Positions 11,370-23,180 of a DNA stretch of 64,000 nt are shown piece by piece; positions within the stretch are counted from its first letter, which is position 1, and the number at the start of each line of letters is the position of its first letter. The DNA is from Gekko japonicus (Eukaryota): positions 1-64,000 of the forward strand of contig NW_015163753.1 of assembly GCF_001447785.1 (NCBI RefSeq). Reading direction: 5' to 3'. Both the position numbers and the translations under genes were made by a program. The notes under the pieces were generated by a model. That model saw nothing but the letters and a program-made list of their open reading frames with translations. It did not search any database and was not told where the DNA came from.

Positions 11370-12308
11370 ATGAACAGAACTCAACTGACATATTTTGTAT
11401 TCTTGGGACTGTCCAAAAGAATTGAATTGCAAGTGCTAATATTCTGTGTCTTTCTGCTAGTTTATATTTTCACCCTAATTGGGAACTGCTTAATTGTTGT
11501 GGTCACCCGAGTAGATGCCTCTCTTCAGACTCCCATGTATTTCTTCCTCGGGGTCCTGTCCATCCTAGACATTAGCTACTCTTCAGTCACTATCCCCAAG
11601 ATGCTGCTGAATGCACTTTCCAAAAATAAAAACATTTCCTACACAGGCTGCGCCACCCAAATGTACTTCTTGCTTTTCCTAGGGAGTACAGAATGTGTTC
11701 TCTTGGCTGTCATGGCCTATGACCGGTACATAGCCATATGCAATCCACTGAGATACATGGTCATCATGAACAAGAGAGTTTGCCTATCGCTGTCTTTGTT
11801 TTCGGTAATGAGTGGAAATGTGGTCTCATTGGTGCAAACAATGTGGGTATTCACTTTGCCATTCTGTGGTTCCAATAAGATCAATTATTTCTTTTGTGAC
11901 ATCCCTCCACTGATTGAGCTTTCTTGTGTCGATACTTCAATGTATGAGAGGCAGTTGATGACAGCCACCATTTTGGTTATATTCACTCCTTTTATTCTCA
12001 TCTTTGTCTCGTATGTCCTTATCATCTCCTCCATTTTAAAGATGGCATCCATTGATGGCAGGTGGAAAAGCTTCTCCACTTGTTCCTCACACCTCCTGGT
12101 GGTGATTTTGTACTATGGGACCAGCAGCTTGATTTATATAAAACCCAAATACATCTTCTCAGAAGACACAAGGAAGGTAGTTGCCTTGATATATACTACA
12201 ATAACACCCCTATTAAACCCTGCTATCTACAGCATAAGGAATAAAGACGTCCTAAGAGCCCTGAGGAAATACAGGGGCAGCAAGAAAACATTTTCACACA
12301 AAAAATAA
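11370..12308 (+). CDS. Olfactory receptor, class II, OR10-like (312 aa from MNRT; possibly longer, see findings)
   Basis: LQTPMYFFL, MAYDRYIAICNPLRY, FCDIPP, KSFSTCSSHL, PAIYSIRN; coding-exon acceptor ctttcag| at 11290. Confidence 0.96.
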   Translation: MNRTQLTYFVFLGLSKRIELQVLIFCVFLLVYIFTLIGNCLIVVVTRVDASLQTPMYFFLGVLSILDISYSSVTIPKMLLNALSKNKNISYTGCATQMYFLLFLGSTECVLLAVMAYDRYIAICNPLRYMVIMNKRVCLSLSLFSVMSGNVVSLVQTMWVFTLPFCGSNKINYFFCDIPPLIELSCVDTSMYERQLMTATILVIFTPFILIFVSYVLIISSILKMASIDGRWKSFSTCSSHLLVVILYYGTSSLIYIKPKYIFSEDTRKVVALIYTTITPLLNPAIYSIRNKDVLRALRKYRGSKKTFSHKK

Positions 12309-12405
12309 TATTAGGGTTTGCTGCAAAATCTGTTTCGATCATATTCTACAATCAAAAGGGCTCTTGTTTTTATTTATTTAGATATACTGGAGGGTACAGC
12401 AGAGC

Positions 12406-12729
12406 TAGAGTTGCCAGGTCTTCCACTCTTGCTGGCAGGGAGTGGAGTTTTCCAGGAGTGGGGAGCAGGGCAATGTTGCCACATGTGACATCCCCAGTGT
12501 GATGATGTCATGTGAAAGTGATGTCATCACACCAGGTTACCATAGAGTTTAGCCCAAAATACCCTGGTGAGATGATGTTACTTCCATGTGACGTCATCAC
12601 ACTGGGGATGCCGTGCCGGGTCGTGACAGTTGGGGGTGGGGCTTCCCTTGGCAGCCAGCTGGCTGGTGGTGGGCAAAAGCCTGTGAAATCAGGGGATCCC
12701 CCACTCCCACCTGGGGGCTGGCAACCCTA
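12406..12729. mobile_element. hAT-type MITE
   Basis: TIRs tagagttgccag / ctggcaacccta; perfect 8-bp TSD agcagagc. Confidence 0.88.
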
Positions 12730-13549
12730 AGCAGAGCAGTGAAGTCTTCTGGCAGAGCCCTGTTTCCTGGGGTTGGTGAAGTGGCTGTTGATGGCATCAG
12801 CTGTGCTGTGCTGGCTGAGGAATGCTGCCCTGAAGGTGTAAATGGCAGGTGACCTTAATACGTGGAGCCAGCTGGTAGGTCACACAGATTGAGGCAGTGG
12901 CTACAGTGAGAACTCTAAATCTGGGGCTAGACAGTCATCCAGTAAGTGTCTGTGGTTGAGTGGGGAATAGAACATGAGTTTCTCAGTTCCTAGCCCTGTA
13001 CTACACAATGCTGGCTCTCACTCCTTCATTGGACTGTATTCCAGTCCAAGAGGCTTTGGATGAACAGTTCTTCCAAGAAGAGTAAATGCCTGAATCACTT
13101 CTCAATCCAAATATGTACAGCTTTGGGTTCTCCAAAGTGAACCAGGCACTGAAACAAACTTCTCTGAATCCCTGAGCCCAGAGTTATTCTTTGGGGAATC
13201 TCAAAAAATGTCAAGTTATGATAGAAGTATGAACATTTTCTGACTGGCTTTCTTTCAAAAGCTTAGATTTCTGTTCTCTAATACTTGATCCAGGCACTTA
13301 GGGACTGACCAAGCAGCTGAAAATTGTTTTCCCACTCTATGCAATTCTTTGACTGGGGCCATAGCATTTGTTCAAAATGGGCCTCAAGATGAAGCTTTGG
13401 AAATTGTTCAAAAGGCTATTACAACTTTTAGTTGGCAGAATTCAGGATCCAGTTGGCTGGAACACCAGTTCTGAGGCAAATGTTCTGAGAATATGCAAGA
13501 ATATGGGTGGGGGGTGATGGTTCCATAGGACTGCCTGGATTGGATTGTA

Positions 13550-13760
13550 AGAACATTAGAAGAACCATCCTGGATCACACCAAAGGCCCATCTAGTCCAG
13601 CATTCTGTTCACAGAGTGGCCAACCGGCTACCTCTAGAAAGCCCACAGAGACACCATGATCCTGCCTGTGTTCCCAAGCAACTGATTTAAAGAGGCATAC
13701 TGCCTCTGGTACTGGAGGAAGTAGATATCTATCATGATCAGAAGCCACTGATAGTCCAGA
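13550..13760 (-). mobile_element. CR1-type LINE 3' end fragment
   Basis: aagaacattagaagaaccatcctggatcacaccaaaggcccatctagtccagcattctgttcac, similar to 2035-2295. Confidence 0.6.
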
Positions 13761-15145
13761 TCCCTGGGGGCTAGAAGCACTTTGATTGTGGCCACAGTCT
13801 GGGTGTCTGGGAATTGTACCTCATCAATCCCACCTTTCACAAGATATCCTGGCGAACATGTATTTCTTCACTGAGGGCCCATTATTCAGGCTTCTACATT
13901 TAGGGTTGTCAGGTGGTTGGTGTTCGTTTGTTTTTTATATTATCCCCACACTGCTTGGAGGGGTGGCAGGCAAGAACAACTGTCAATAGGAGGCCTGGCA
14001 GCCCTACTGCATAGTAATGAACATAATCCAACAGCCAGAAGGAGGCAGTCTCTAGCCTCTCCCCCCCCCTCCATAAACCTGTAATGCCCTAAGAGTTGTT
14101 TGGGTTTCCCAAGCTCATGTGTTACATGTTCCTTGGGGCAGGGGGGGGGGCAGGGACAAAAAACCCCAAACAAACCTTATCATCCAATCATTGTATAGAG
14201 ATATATGAATGTTCTCTTCTTTCCGTTATCACAGTTTTTGTTTCATCCAGTTTCATTAGCGTGTTCCTGATCAGACCATTGTAATCCCATGTATATCTTA
14301 CATGCAATTTTAATTTATAAACATCCTTCAGGCCACCTTAAAGTAAGTAATACCACTGGTCCATCTAATTCATTATTGTTTATTCTGATTGGCAGCAACT
14401 CAGGGAGAGAAGGGTCTTTTCCAATACCTGCTAGCTGAGGTCCCCATTATATATCCCAGGGAGTAAGTCTGGCACAGTCTACATAAATACCTTGTTGCTT
14501 CCCATACAAGTGCTCCAAGTGAGGTTCAAGCTCACAGCTTCAGTAAGTCTTTTCCTAAACCAATTACACTACTGGAAATGTTTGTATTTGTATTTGATCA
14601 ATGTACATTTAGAACCCATGTTTTTACTCTTGTTTTATTGTTTTAATTGTTTATCACCTTTGAGACCCCAAAATAGGTGGAAAGGCAGTTAAAATGTTTT
14701 AAATAAAATAAAGTCAGTGCTTTGGGGTTTTGGTTTTTGTGTGTGTTGTACATTTCGGATCAATAAATTGGCCCTTCAGATCTGCTGAAAACTTCTTTAC
14801 AGACTTTTATTGATTGGTTGATTGCACTTATATTCCACCCTATCCTATGATGGGCTCAGGGCAGCTCACAATGGCAATAAAATACACTGAATATATAATA
14901 TACTTTCCCCCCTTCATATGTGCAATTCAATATATTAATTAGAAAATTAATCCAGTGAGAATACATAGGATATTATAATGAATGGTGATAGAAATTCTGG
15001 TATTGTAAGATCCTATATTATTATACCCTGCAATACTTCAGAAAGGAACAACAGACGAAAAAGAAAAATATTTACATGGAAAAGAGGAATTTCTCACCTG
15101 AGCTGTAAGAGGCAAGAAAAAAGAGTTTTCCTTCTTTCCATTTTG

Positions 15146-15363
15146 TAGGATTGCCAACCTCCAGGTGGGGGCCTGGACTTCTCCCAGAATCACAACTGTT
15201 CTCCAGGCAACAGAGGACATGTTCCCTGGAGAAAATGGCTACTTTGGAGGGTGGACTGTATGGCATTATAACCTGCTGAGTTCTTTTCCATCCCAAACCC
15301 CTAACTACCCAGGCTCCACCCCCAATTATCCAGGAATTTTCTGAGCCATAATCGGCAACCCTA
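15146..15363. mobile_element. hAT-type MITE
   Basis: TIRs taggattgcca / ggcaacccta; same family as the copies near 10050, 29360 and 44936. Confidence 0.8.
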
Positions 15364-15367
15364 GCAG

Positions 15368-15713
15368 TAGGCTTGCCAAGTCCTCCCAGGGGGGCGGGGA
15401 AATCCCCACCCCAGAGGCCTGTTCCCTGCTGCTGGCGGATTGGGCCCTGGGGGGAACCCCACCCCATCGTGCACGTCACCCGGAAGGGACGTGACGATGC
15501 TGGGCATGCTGGGGGCGGGGCCACGGTCATCTGAGGGAAAACCCTATGGTTTCCCCTTGGATGGTCATGGCCCCACCCCCAGCATGCCCGGCGTCATCAC
15601 ATCACTTCCGGGTGATGTGCGTGCAGCACGCATGCACTTTGCACGCATGTGCGCGCTCCAGCCGCCAGCTGGGAGTCCCCTGCTTCGGCTGCTACAAGCA
15701 CTTGGCAACCCTA
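15368..15713. mobile_element. hAT-type MITE inserted at the end of the previous MITE
   Basis: TIRs taggcttgccaag / cttggcaacccta; perfect 8-bp TSD cctagcag; CpG-rich internal palindrome. Confidence 0.9.
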
Positions 15714-16730
15714 CCTAGCAGTGTGTGTGTTGTATTGTGTGTTGTATGAAAAGATAATAGGAAGATCAAGCTGAATTCAGATCACCTGCCTAGTATGATA
15801 TTCAGCCAAGGGCAGGCCAGCTCCCTGAAATGCTGTTGTGTACCTCGGCTAGAAAAAAACAGGATGCTAACCAAGCCCCTAGTGCTTTTTTTGACTCAAA
15901 AGATCCCAACCTAAATGAGGACAATTGCAAGGAAATGTTCTCTCTCTTCTCCCTGGTCCATGTTTTCTTTTGTTTTCATTCATGCCCCCCCCCCCCCACT
16001 GTCAGTTCACAACATCTCTTCATATACTGTTTCACTTAAGGATATTAGCTCTTTTCTTCCCCCACAGTAGCATTCCATAACAAGCAGCCTTCTAGCCTTA
16101 ACTTTCAACAGGGAATTCCTAGTCAAATTCCTGAACAGCACATCACTGGTAGGGCTTGGGAAGCAGTGGCCCTTGGTGCTGAGCAACATCATTCAGAACC
16201 TGGTAGTGGCCTTTAGGCACATTATGGGAAGGGGACAGGGATGGGCATCTCTTGGCACATTCTGTTATTCCCCCCTGATAAACAAAAGTGCTGGAAGACA
16301 ATGCCCAAATCTGAAGTCAGGATGGATCTCTCCCGCATACGCAGCTATGGTCAGGCTGCCTAGTGCAGCCGGTCCCTTTAAATATCAGAGCATATTTAAT
16401 ATCATGTTGATCAGCTTTTTTAAAATAAACTAGCTAAATTCATGCTATTGTCTCATGTCTTTATTTGCTGGGTGTCTGGGGTAACAGGCATTCTTTTTGA
16501 GATCTCTTTACTACTATGTGTCTTTTATAGAATCTCAAACATATCTAGAAAAAAAAGAATATTATGATTATTCAATGCTCTGGCCTAATTTCACTGGATG
16601 CATGCTAGTCTCAAATCTCAAGAGGAGGATTTTTTTTTACCATATACAGCAAGTTATCAACTTCCTTTATATTATGCACTGCTACCTAATCATTCTCTAT
16701 AAATGTGTTCAGTTTACATGGGACTTGGTC

Positions 16731-17455
16731 AATTTATTTATTTTATTTATTTTCCGCATTTATATCCCGCACATCCTGTAAACAGGCTCAGGGCGGGTCA
16801 CAACATTTCAATAAATACAATAAAACCAGAAAAACATTAAATCAATAGCCATGCTTGCCGTAGGGAGAATCCGGCCCACTGATGTGACTAGGTATGGCCG
16901 GTTATCAGTAGGTGGGAGACCACAACCTCAGGAGGGGGGCATATGTGAATGCCCCGCTGCCTCAGCCAAAGGCCTGGCAGAACAGCTCTGTCTTGCAGGC
17001 CCCGTGGAATAGAGTAAGATCCCACAGGGCCCTGATCTCAATAGGGAGCATGTTCCACCAGGTAGGGGCCAGGGCAGAGAAAGCCCTGGCCCTGGTTGAG
17101 GGCCAATGTTCCCTCTAAGCTGTGGAGTCTCATGAGCAAAAATCCTGCTTTGTGAGCTACTCGCATTAACGTTGTGAGCGAGTGAATTGGCTGCTGCACA
17201 AATTAGTTGGCTCTGGAGCCCTCCTTCCTGAGCTCAGGCAAAAGGGTGTGAGCTGGAGGCTAAAAAACGGTGAGCTAGCTCACACTAACTCAGCTTAGAG
17301 GGAACACTGGTTGAGGCTAAGTGGACATCCTTTGGGCCAGGGATCACCAGAAGATGTTGACTCTCAGAGCGTAACACTCTCTGAGGTGTATATGGGAAGA
17401 GGTGGTCCCTTAGGAATTTTGGTTCCAGGCCGTATAAGGCTTTGAAGGTAATTAC
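16731..17455 (-). mobile_element. L2-type LINE 3' portion, interrupted by a MITE
   Basis: (TTTA)n tail, tatatcccgc...gctcagggcgg, aaaggcctggcagaacagctctgtcttgcaggccc, gttccaccaggtaggggccagggc: typical reverse-strand squamate L2 3' end. Confidence 0.65.
17104..17309. mobile_element. hAT-type MITE nested in L2
   Basis: TIRs caatgttccctctaagctg / cagcttagagggaacactg; TSD gttgagg(g)c / gttgaggc. Confidence 0.85.
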
Positions 17456-17574
17456 CAATCCCAAATCTTTTGCTCACAATGAATCACCATAAAATTCAGA
17501 TCTCTGTGGTGTTACACAGCTTCTGGGTAGAGAACTGGTAAAAACACTGACTCTTGATCTGAAATATTTTTTTC

Positions 17575-17790
17575 TTTGTGTCATTTATATCCTGCCTTTC
17601 TTCCCAGTGGGAACTCAATTTGGCGAACATCATTTTTTCCTCCTCCTTGCAACAACACTCTAAGCTAAGTCTGAGACAGTGTGACTGGTCCAAGGTCACC
17701 CAGGAAGCTTTCATGGTAGAGTGGGGATTTGAACCTTGGTCTCCTGGATTCTACTTCAGCATTCTAACCACTACACTCACACTGGCTCTT
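17575..17790 (-). mobile_element. Squam3/MIR-like SINE
   Basis: gtgactggtccaaggtcacccaggaagctttcatgg...ggggatttgaacc...taaccactacac is the reverse of the SINE at 55039. Confidence 0.7.
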
Positions 17791-18337
17791 TTAAAACTTA
17801 AGACCTTTCCATTCCAAATTATGTGTAATATTGCATTCATAACCCAAGTGCTAATTGATATAACAAGAAATGTCCCTTGCCAATAGTTTCAAGTACCTAA
17901 ACATATGTATAATTCGGGTTGGTAGCTAATGCACTGAAATAATTATGGATTATTAATTCACCACATTTTTGCCTTATCTCAGCATTAGGGAGCAGTAATC
18001 TACACTGAATCATCATTTGCCATTGTTCACATAACTGCAAATAGGGTTGGAGTTCTAATTGTCTGAGAATGTAAACAGCCCCTCCATCCCTCCTCATTCT
18101 GTATTGGAAACATTTATACTACCTTTATTTCATTGTTTCCAGGCTGTGTAATCTGTTTACTGGCTTTTTGAATGTACTATATTGTTCTTATTTCACTGTA
18201 CTCTAATTGCCTAATCCAGTTTCATTGTTTTGTTTATTTTTTGTGCTATACTTCTGTTAGCCAAATTGCCTTATTTCTTTAATAAGATGGAGGAATTGAA
18301 TATTAAATGGCTTAAATAAAGGGAGCAATAATCTGAG

Positions 18338-19546
18338 TATACCAGAGTCCAATTTATCCAGATCCCAAGAAATAGATACAGAGGCTAGGTCTTAAATAGA
18401 ATAATTTATTTTACTAATAATTCTTACACACAATATAAAACAAAACAATCATACACTCAAGTGATACAGAACTAAGAATTTAGACAGAAAGGTACAGTGA
18501 CAGTTGCATTAGCAGGAAGGTATCATTGATTGGGGTGATACTTTACTTGTCCGATGCAACGAGGCGATCTTGCAGCAAAAAATGGGGAAAATACTAGAGA
18601 AGGGGTCATGTGTTGACCAGCAGCACATGTGGGAGACTCCAGACAGCACTAGGAATGGAGTCAGCAAGATAGGGTGGGGTCAGGTAGGTAGGAAAGAGAG
18701 AGAGAGTGAGTAATGGGCAGATGTTCTTCTTATATACCCTATGAGGGGCTTGGGGTGTGGGCTACGAAGACATGTAGTCCTTAGGAAGAGGCTAGAAAAT
18801 GCTAGTTGCTTAATGAGTCAAGAGAATGGACTTAGGTTTTTGGCAACTGACATAATGTGTACTAATAGTGACACCTCTTAGAGTAGATGGCATAAGACAA
18901 AGGAAAAGAGAAGACCATCATAACAGGTGCTTGGCCAGTCATTAGAGTCAGCACTCCAACGATCTGCATCTGTGTTATTTTGATGGGTGGTGGGTATGCT
19001 TGACCGCTCTGTTAATCCCATCATGGTGAAGTTCTATTGTTTAACTTGAGGATGAGTACGTGCATTTCTTGGTGAAGCTAGGAGAAGATGGGGGGAAAGG
19101 GTGTCTGCATGCTGGAGAAGAAGTCCTTCTATGGAGTCCTTAGCAGGAACACTCAGACTTCTCATGTAAAGCATGGCTTCTTCATAGGGAACTGCTGCTG
19201 GCTGCTATGTGCTTCTAGTGTCAGAGAGGTTGATTTGCCTCCAGCAGGGATGCAGGGGCGAAAGGCATCGGGTATCTCCACGGGTCCACTTCTGGCTGGC
19301 ACACTGCTCCAGGGGGAGGCTTCCCTCGACTTGGCATGTGTCTACAGTCTGGGAGGCTGGCACCATCATTGGGCTACCGCACAGTCCAGTCCTTGGCACA
19401 CTTATTGTACAGTTCAGTTTACAGTTATAATCCATAGCCTTATAGATGCTGTGTTTACACAGGGATTGATCCAAAATGTTTTCACACTGATGCAAAATGG
19501 GAGAAATCAGTCCTTTGTGGCCACCAAAAGGGTATGTTTAGGAACA
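18338..19546 (-). mobile_element. Probable solo LTR of an endogenous retrovirus (about 1.2 kb)
   Basis: Flanked by the 4-bp direct repeat tgag; termini TAT (decayed TGT?)...ACA; minus-strand TATATAAG (about 18730) upstream of minus-strand AATAAA (about 18405); no coding capacity. Confidence 0.5.
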
Positions 19547-19668
19547 TGAGACCAGCATGAACAAATGCGATGTAGGACATGCAGTGTAGTAAGGAAGAGA
19601 ACTGGACAAGATTTAATGGGGAAATAGTGTGAAAAGTTGGCTGAATCCAGACCTTTCAAGATTAAGAG

Positions 19669-19833
19669 ATGGCAAATGCAAAATCAGGAAATCAAATTGT
19701 CATTACTGATTTAAATCTGGGATTTGGGAAGGTACCACATCTGCAGATTCCTCTCCTCTTTCTGTTTCTGCTGATTTACATCTATTCTGTGGATGGCAAC
19801 ATCCTTGTCATTGTCCTAGCAGTTACTGAACAC
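19669..19833 (+). pseudogene. OR pseudogene, 5' fragment (paralog of the OR at 986)
   Basis: aagagATGgcaaatgcaaaa...ctgggatttggg...ctgcagattcctctc...ggcaacatccttgtcattgtcctag aligns by eye with 981-1150; frameshifted and truncated after TM1. Confidence 0.85.
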
Positions 19834-20813
19834 TAGTTAAACCTTGGTTTTCTAGATTCAAGTCTGACAGTACGACTACTACACTGGATTGCCAGGTCTC
19901 TAGTTATGGAAGTAGATCTGCTGGAAATCCCAGCCTCCTGCTCTGTTGAAAAACTTAATTAAAAAAAAAAAAACACCAACAACATGATATCACTTTCAGG
20001 GAAAATCTGGAAGTCATGCAACTCTAGGAATTGCAGGAAACTCTATGGCAAAAGCCCCCATGTCTCCCTTGCATGTCCTACTGGATGCCAGTCATCAGTT
20101 GGCAACCTACCACTACATGACACTGGCTGTGATAACTCATGGGGGTGCTTAAACCCCACTTTGTTTTGTAAAGGAGGGGATACGTTCTATCCTCCTTATT
20201 CTTGCTTTCTTCCATTGGGGACACATCATTCTCCTACCCTTCATTTTATTATTACAACAACTCTATGATATATCCTTACTTCCCTTTATATTGTGATGGC
20301 CTTGAAACAGCAAGTGGAACAGAGACCAACATGTTTGTCCTAGCCATTTATACTTCAAAACAACCCTGGCCCATGTGTTAGTTAAACATTGGTCTTCTAG
20401 ATTCAAGTCTGACAGTATGACTACTACACTGGTTTGCCAGGTCTCTAGTTATGGCAGTAGATCTGCTGGCAATCCCAGCCTCCTGCTCTGTGAAAAACTT
20501 AATTTAAAAAAAATCACCAACAACATGATATCACTTTCAGGGAAAATCTGGAAGTCATGCAACTCTAGGAATTGCAGGAAACTCTATGGCAAAAGCCCCC
20601 ATGTCTCCCTTGCATGTCCTACTGGATGCCAGTCATCAGTTGGCAACCTACCACTACATGACACTGGCTGTGATAACTCATGGGGGTGCTTAAACCCCAC
20701 TTTGTTTTGTAAAGGAGGGGATACGTTCTATCCTCCTTATTCTTGCTTTCTTCCATTGGGGACACATCATTCTCCTACCCTTCATTTTATTATTACAACA
20801 ACTCTATGATATA
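19834..20813 (+). repeat. Direct duplication of about 437 bp (19834-20272 and 20379-20813)
   Basis: Near-identical copies; identical 94-aa ORF text in both. Confidence 0.95.
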
Positions 20814-21789
20814 GGTCTGACTGAATGTGTGTGATTGTCTCAAAGTCAGCCAGATACTCCCCATGGCATCGTGGGGATGTGAAACATGATCCTAGCCTGA
20901 CATAGGTTGTCATATGCCAGGAAAGTTGCTAAGCCCCCTTTGATTTGTCACAGATGGAATGTTACCCATCCCCACAGTCTGTGTTGTCTGCCTTTGCTGG
21001 CTCCTTGTGAGTATACCTTTGGTTCCATTGCAAATATCAGAGGGATGTTTGGGCACTAATCTGTGCCAGGATGGTAGGATTCTCTTCGTTTTTGGCACTG
21101 CCAGTCCCATGATCATCCTGAAACTGGTGATCAGTGTTGAAATGGTTAACTTTATTTTCTGGACAGTTCTGCCTGCCAGAGACAAACTTAGGTGCCAAAG
21201 CAGAAAGTGTGTGTGTGTGATGGGCGATCTGGAGTTTATGTGAGCCAAGATTCTCTGTGGCACTGTAAACCCAATGATCATCTGAAGCCAGTGGCCACTG
21301 TTGAGGCACCTCACTTTATTTTCTGGGGAGTTATTTCTGCCATTGGCAGTCAGATAGGTGGATAGTTCCTTTCATTATTACAGATTAGATACAATAATTA
21401 ATCCAAAATCATTCGATAACATAAAAAATGAGTTACATAATAAAGCCAGGTCAATTGGAGATATATCATTATAATTTTGGCTAAGATACTGGAATGGGTT
21501 GGCTTGATATGGAATATTATCGTACTCATGGGGGAAGTATGTACTTCAGAACAGGCACATGGAAACTAAGACTCTCTTTGCCTATTCCAAATCATATAAT
21601 TAACCAGGTCTTACCCACTCCTTTCCACTACCCATCCCTTTCTGACTCATTGGCATCACAGTATGTAATGTTCAGCCAACTTCGGGGAGGGGACTTCCAT
21701 AGATCCCAGGGCACTGTAAATAGCCTGTGTTAGTAATAGTCCCACTACCTGCACTTGGCAACTTAGTTGGCCAATCCTTCCAGGGAATG

Positions 21790-21965
21790 GGCCTCTAGAG
21801 AACAGGTCTACCCACCCCTTTCCACTATATTGGTAGACCTGACCTCCAGGTAATAGGTCTACCCTTCCCTTTTCACTATATTGGTAGACCTGACCTCCAG
21901 ATAATAGGTCTACCCATCCATTTTCACTATATTTGTAGACCTGGCCTCCAGAGAACAGGTCTACC
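21790..21965. repeat. 51-bp minisatellite (about 3.4 copies) built from inverted 9-mers
   Basis: Period 51 (21797, 21848, 21899, 21950); each unit has AGGTCTACC...GGTAGACCT. Confidence 0.9.
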
Positions 21966-23180
21966 TGTGCCAGTCCACTGGCCGCAGACTGTTGCCTTGT
22001 GCTGAGCCTTAGACAACATACCAGCACTTGCGCGGGGGGAAGGGACTTCTTGCAGTCTACTTTGGGTTTTTTAAAGTGAAATATGACAAATTACAGGTCA
22101 TTAACAGAGCAGAAACACTCACTTTCAGAACCCTGCCTAACCTAACAAACAGGAAGTTGATCAAATGTTATCAACCTGCCCAAACTACTTATTTATTCAA
22201 ATATTTATATCCCACTTTTCCCTGTGACTTAAGGCAGCTTACTGAAAAGCACAATAGGGTTGTGCAAAATAAATAAATAAATCTGGCTCCTTTGTAGTCT
22301 ATGGGGACCATTATAATCAATGTGTCCCATAGGCTATAATGGAGAATCAATCAGGGGGTATCTGGGGCTTTGGGGGCTGTTTTTTGAGATAGAGGCACCA
22401 AATTTGCAAAAATCCCCCCAAGTTTCAAAAAGATTGGACCAGGGGTCCAGTTCTATGGGCCCTAGAAGAAAGTGCTTCTATCCTCCATTGTTACTAATGG
22501 AGGGAGGGAATCTTTGTGTGCAGAAACAGAAACCTTTGAGCTGGCATCTAAAATTTTGTGCACCAGTGCCCCCCTAGCACAGCTTAGAGGGAACTACGAA
22601 TAGCATTTTTAGTGGCCTCAGAGGGATCCCCTTCACTTTTTTGTACTAGTAGAGCTAGTTGAATCAAACCTTAGGTTTCAGAGTTCCAAACTGTGATGTT
22701 TCCAGTCTTGCCAGATAAACCTCTTTGAATTTAATGTAAAATGTACATTTTGTAGCATTTTGGGTATCTGAAGATTTTTTAAAAAATCTACAAGGAGCAG
22801 GTGCACATTAATAACTTCTGACTTCACTGTGCAGTGCATTTTTTTAAAACATTCTTATTGTATTCTTCTTCCAAGAAGCTTAGTACAACTCATACACAAT
22901 TCATAGGTTGTCTCCCATCCAAACATTGCTCAGGGCCAGAAATAACCATATTTATTTCTTCTATCATAGATCATCACAAAAACTACACTGTGCCATATCT
23001 TAAACCATGTGTTATGTTCTCTGCAATGAAACTGTAAGGTACTTCTAGAAACCAGGCAAACTATACAATTCATTCATGATACAAGGTGTAGTGGGGATTT
23101 ACCTTACCATCAGTCTTCCAATATGGGTGAGAATCCAACACGGGCTAACTCCTACAACTTAAAAGTACACCAATGAACAG

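Noticed and set aside
19088-19549. 153-aa ORF
   Set aside because: Lies in a probable LTR; no recognisable protein motif
21790-21965. CRISPR-like array of hairpin repeats
   Set aside because: Vertebrate DNA, homologous spacers and no cas genes; it is a minisatellite
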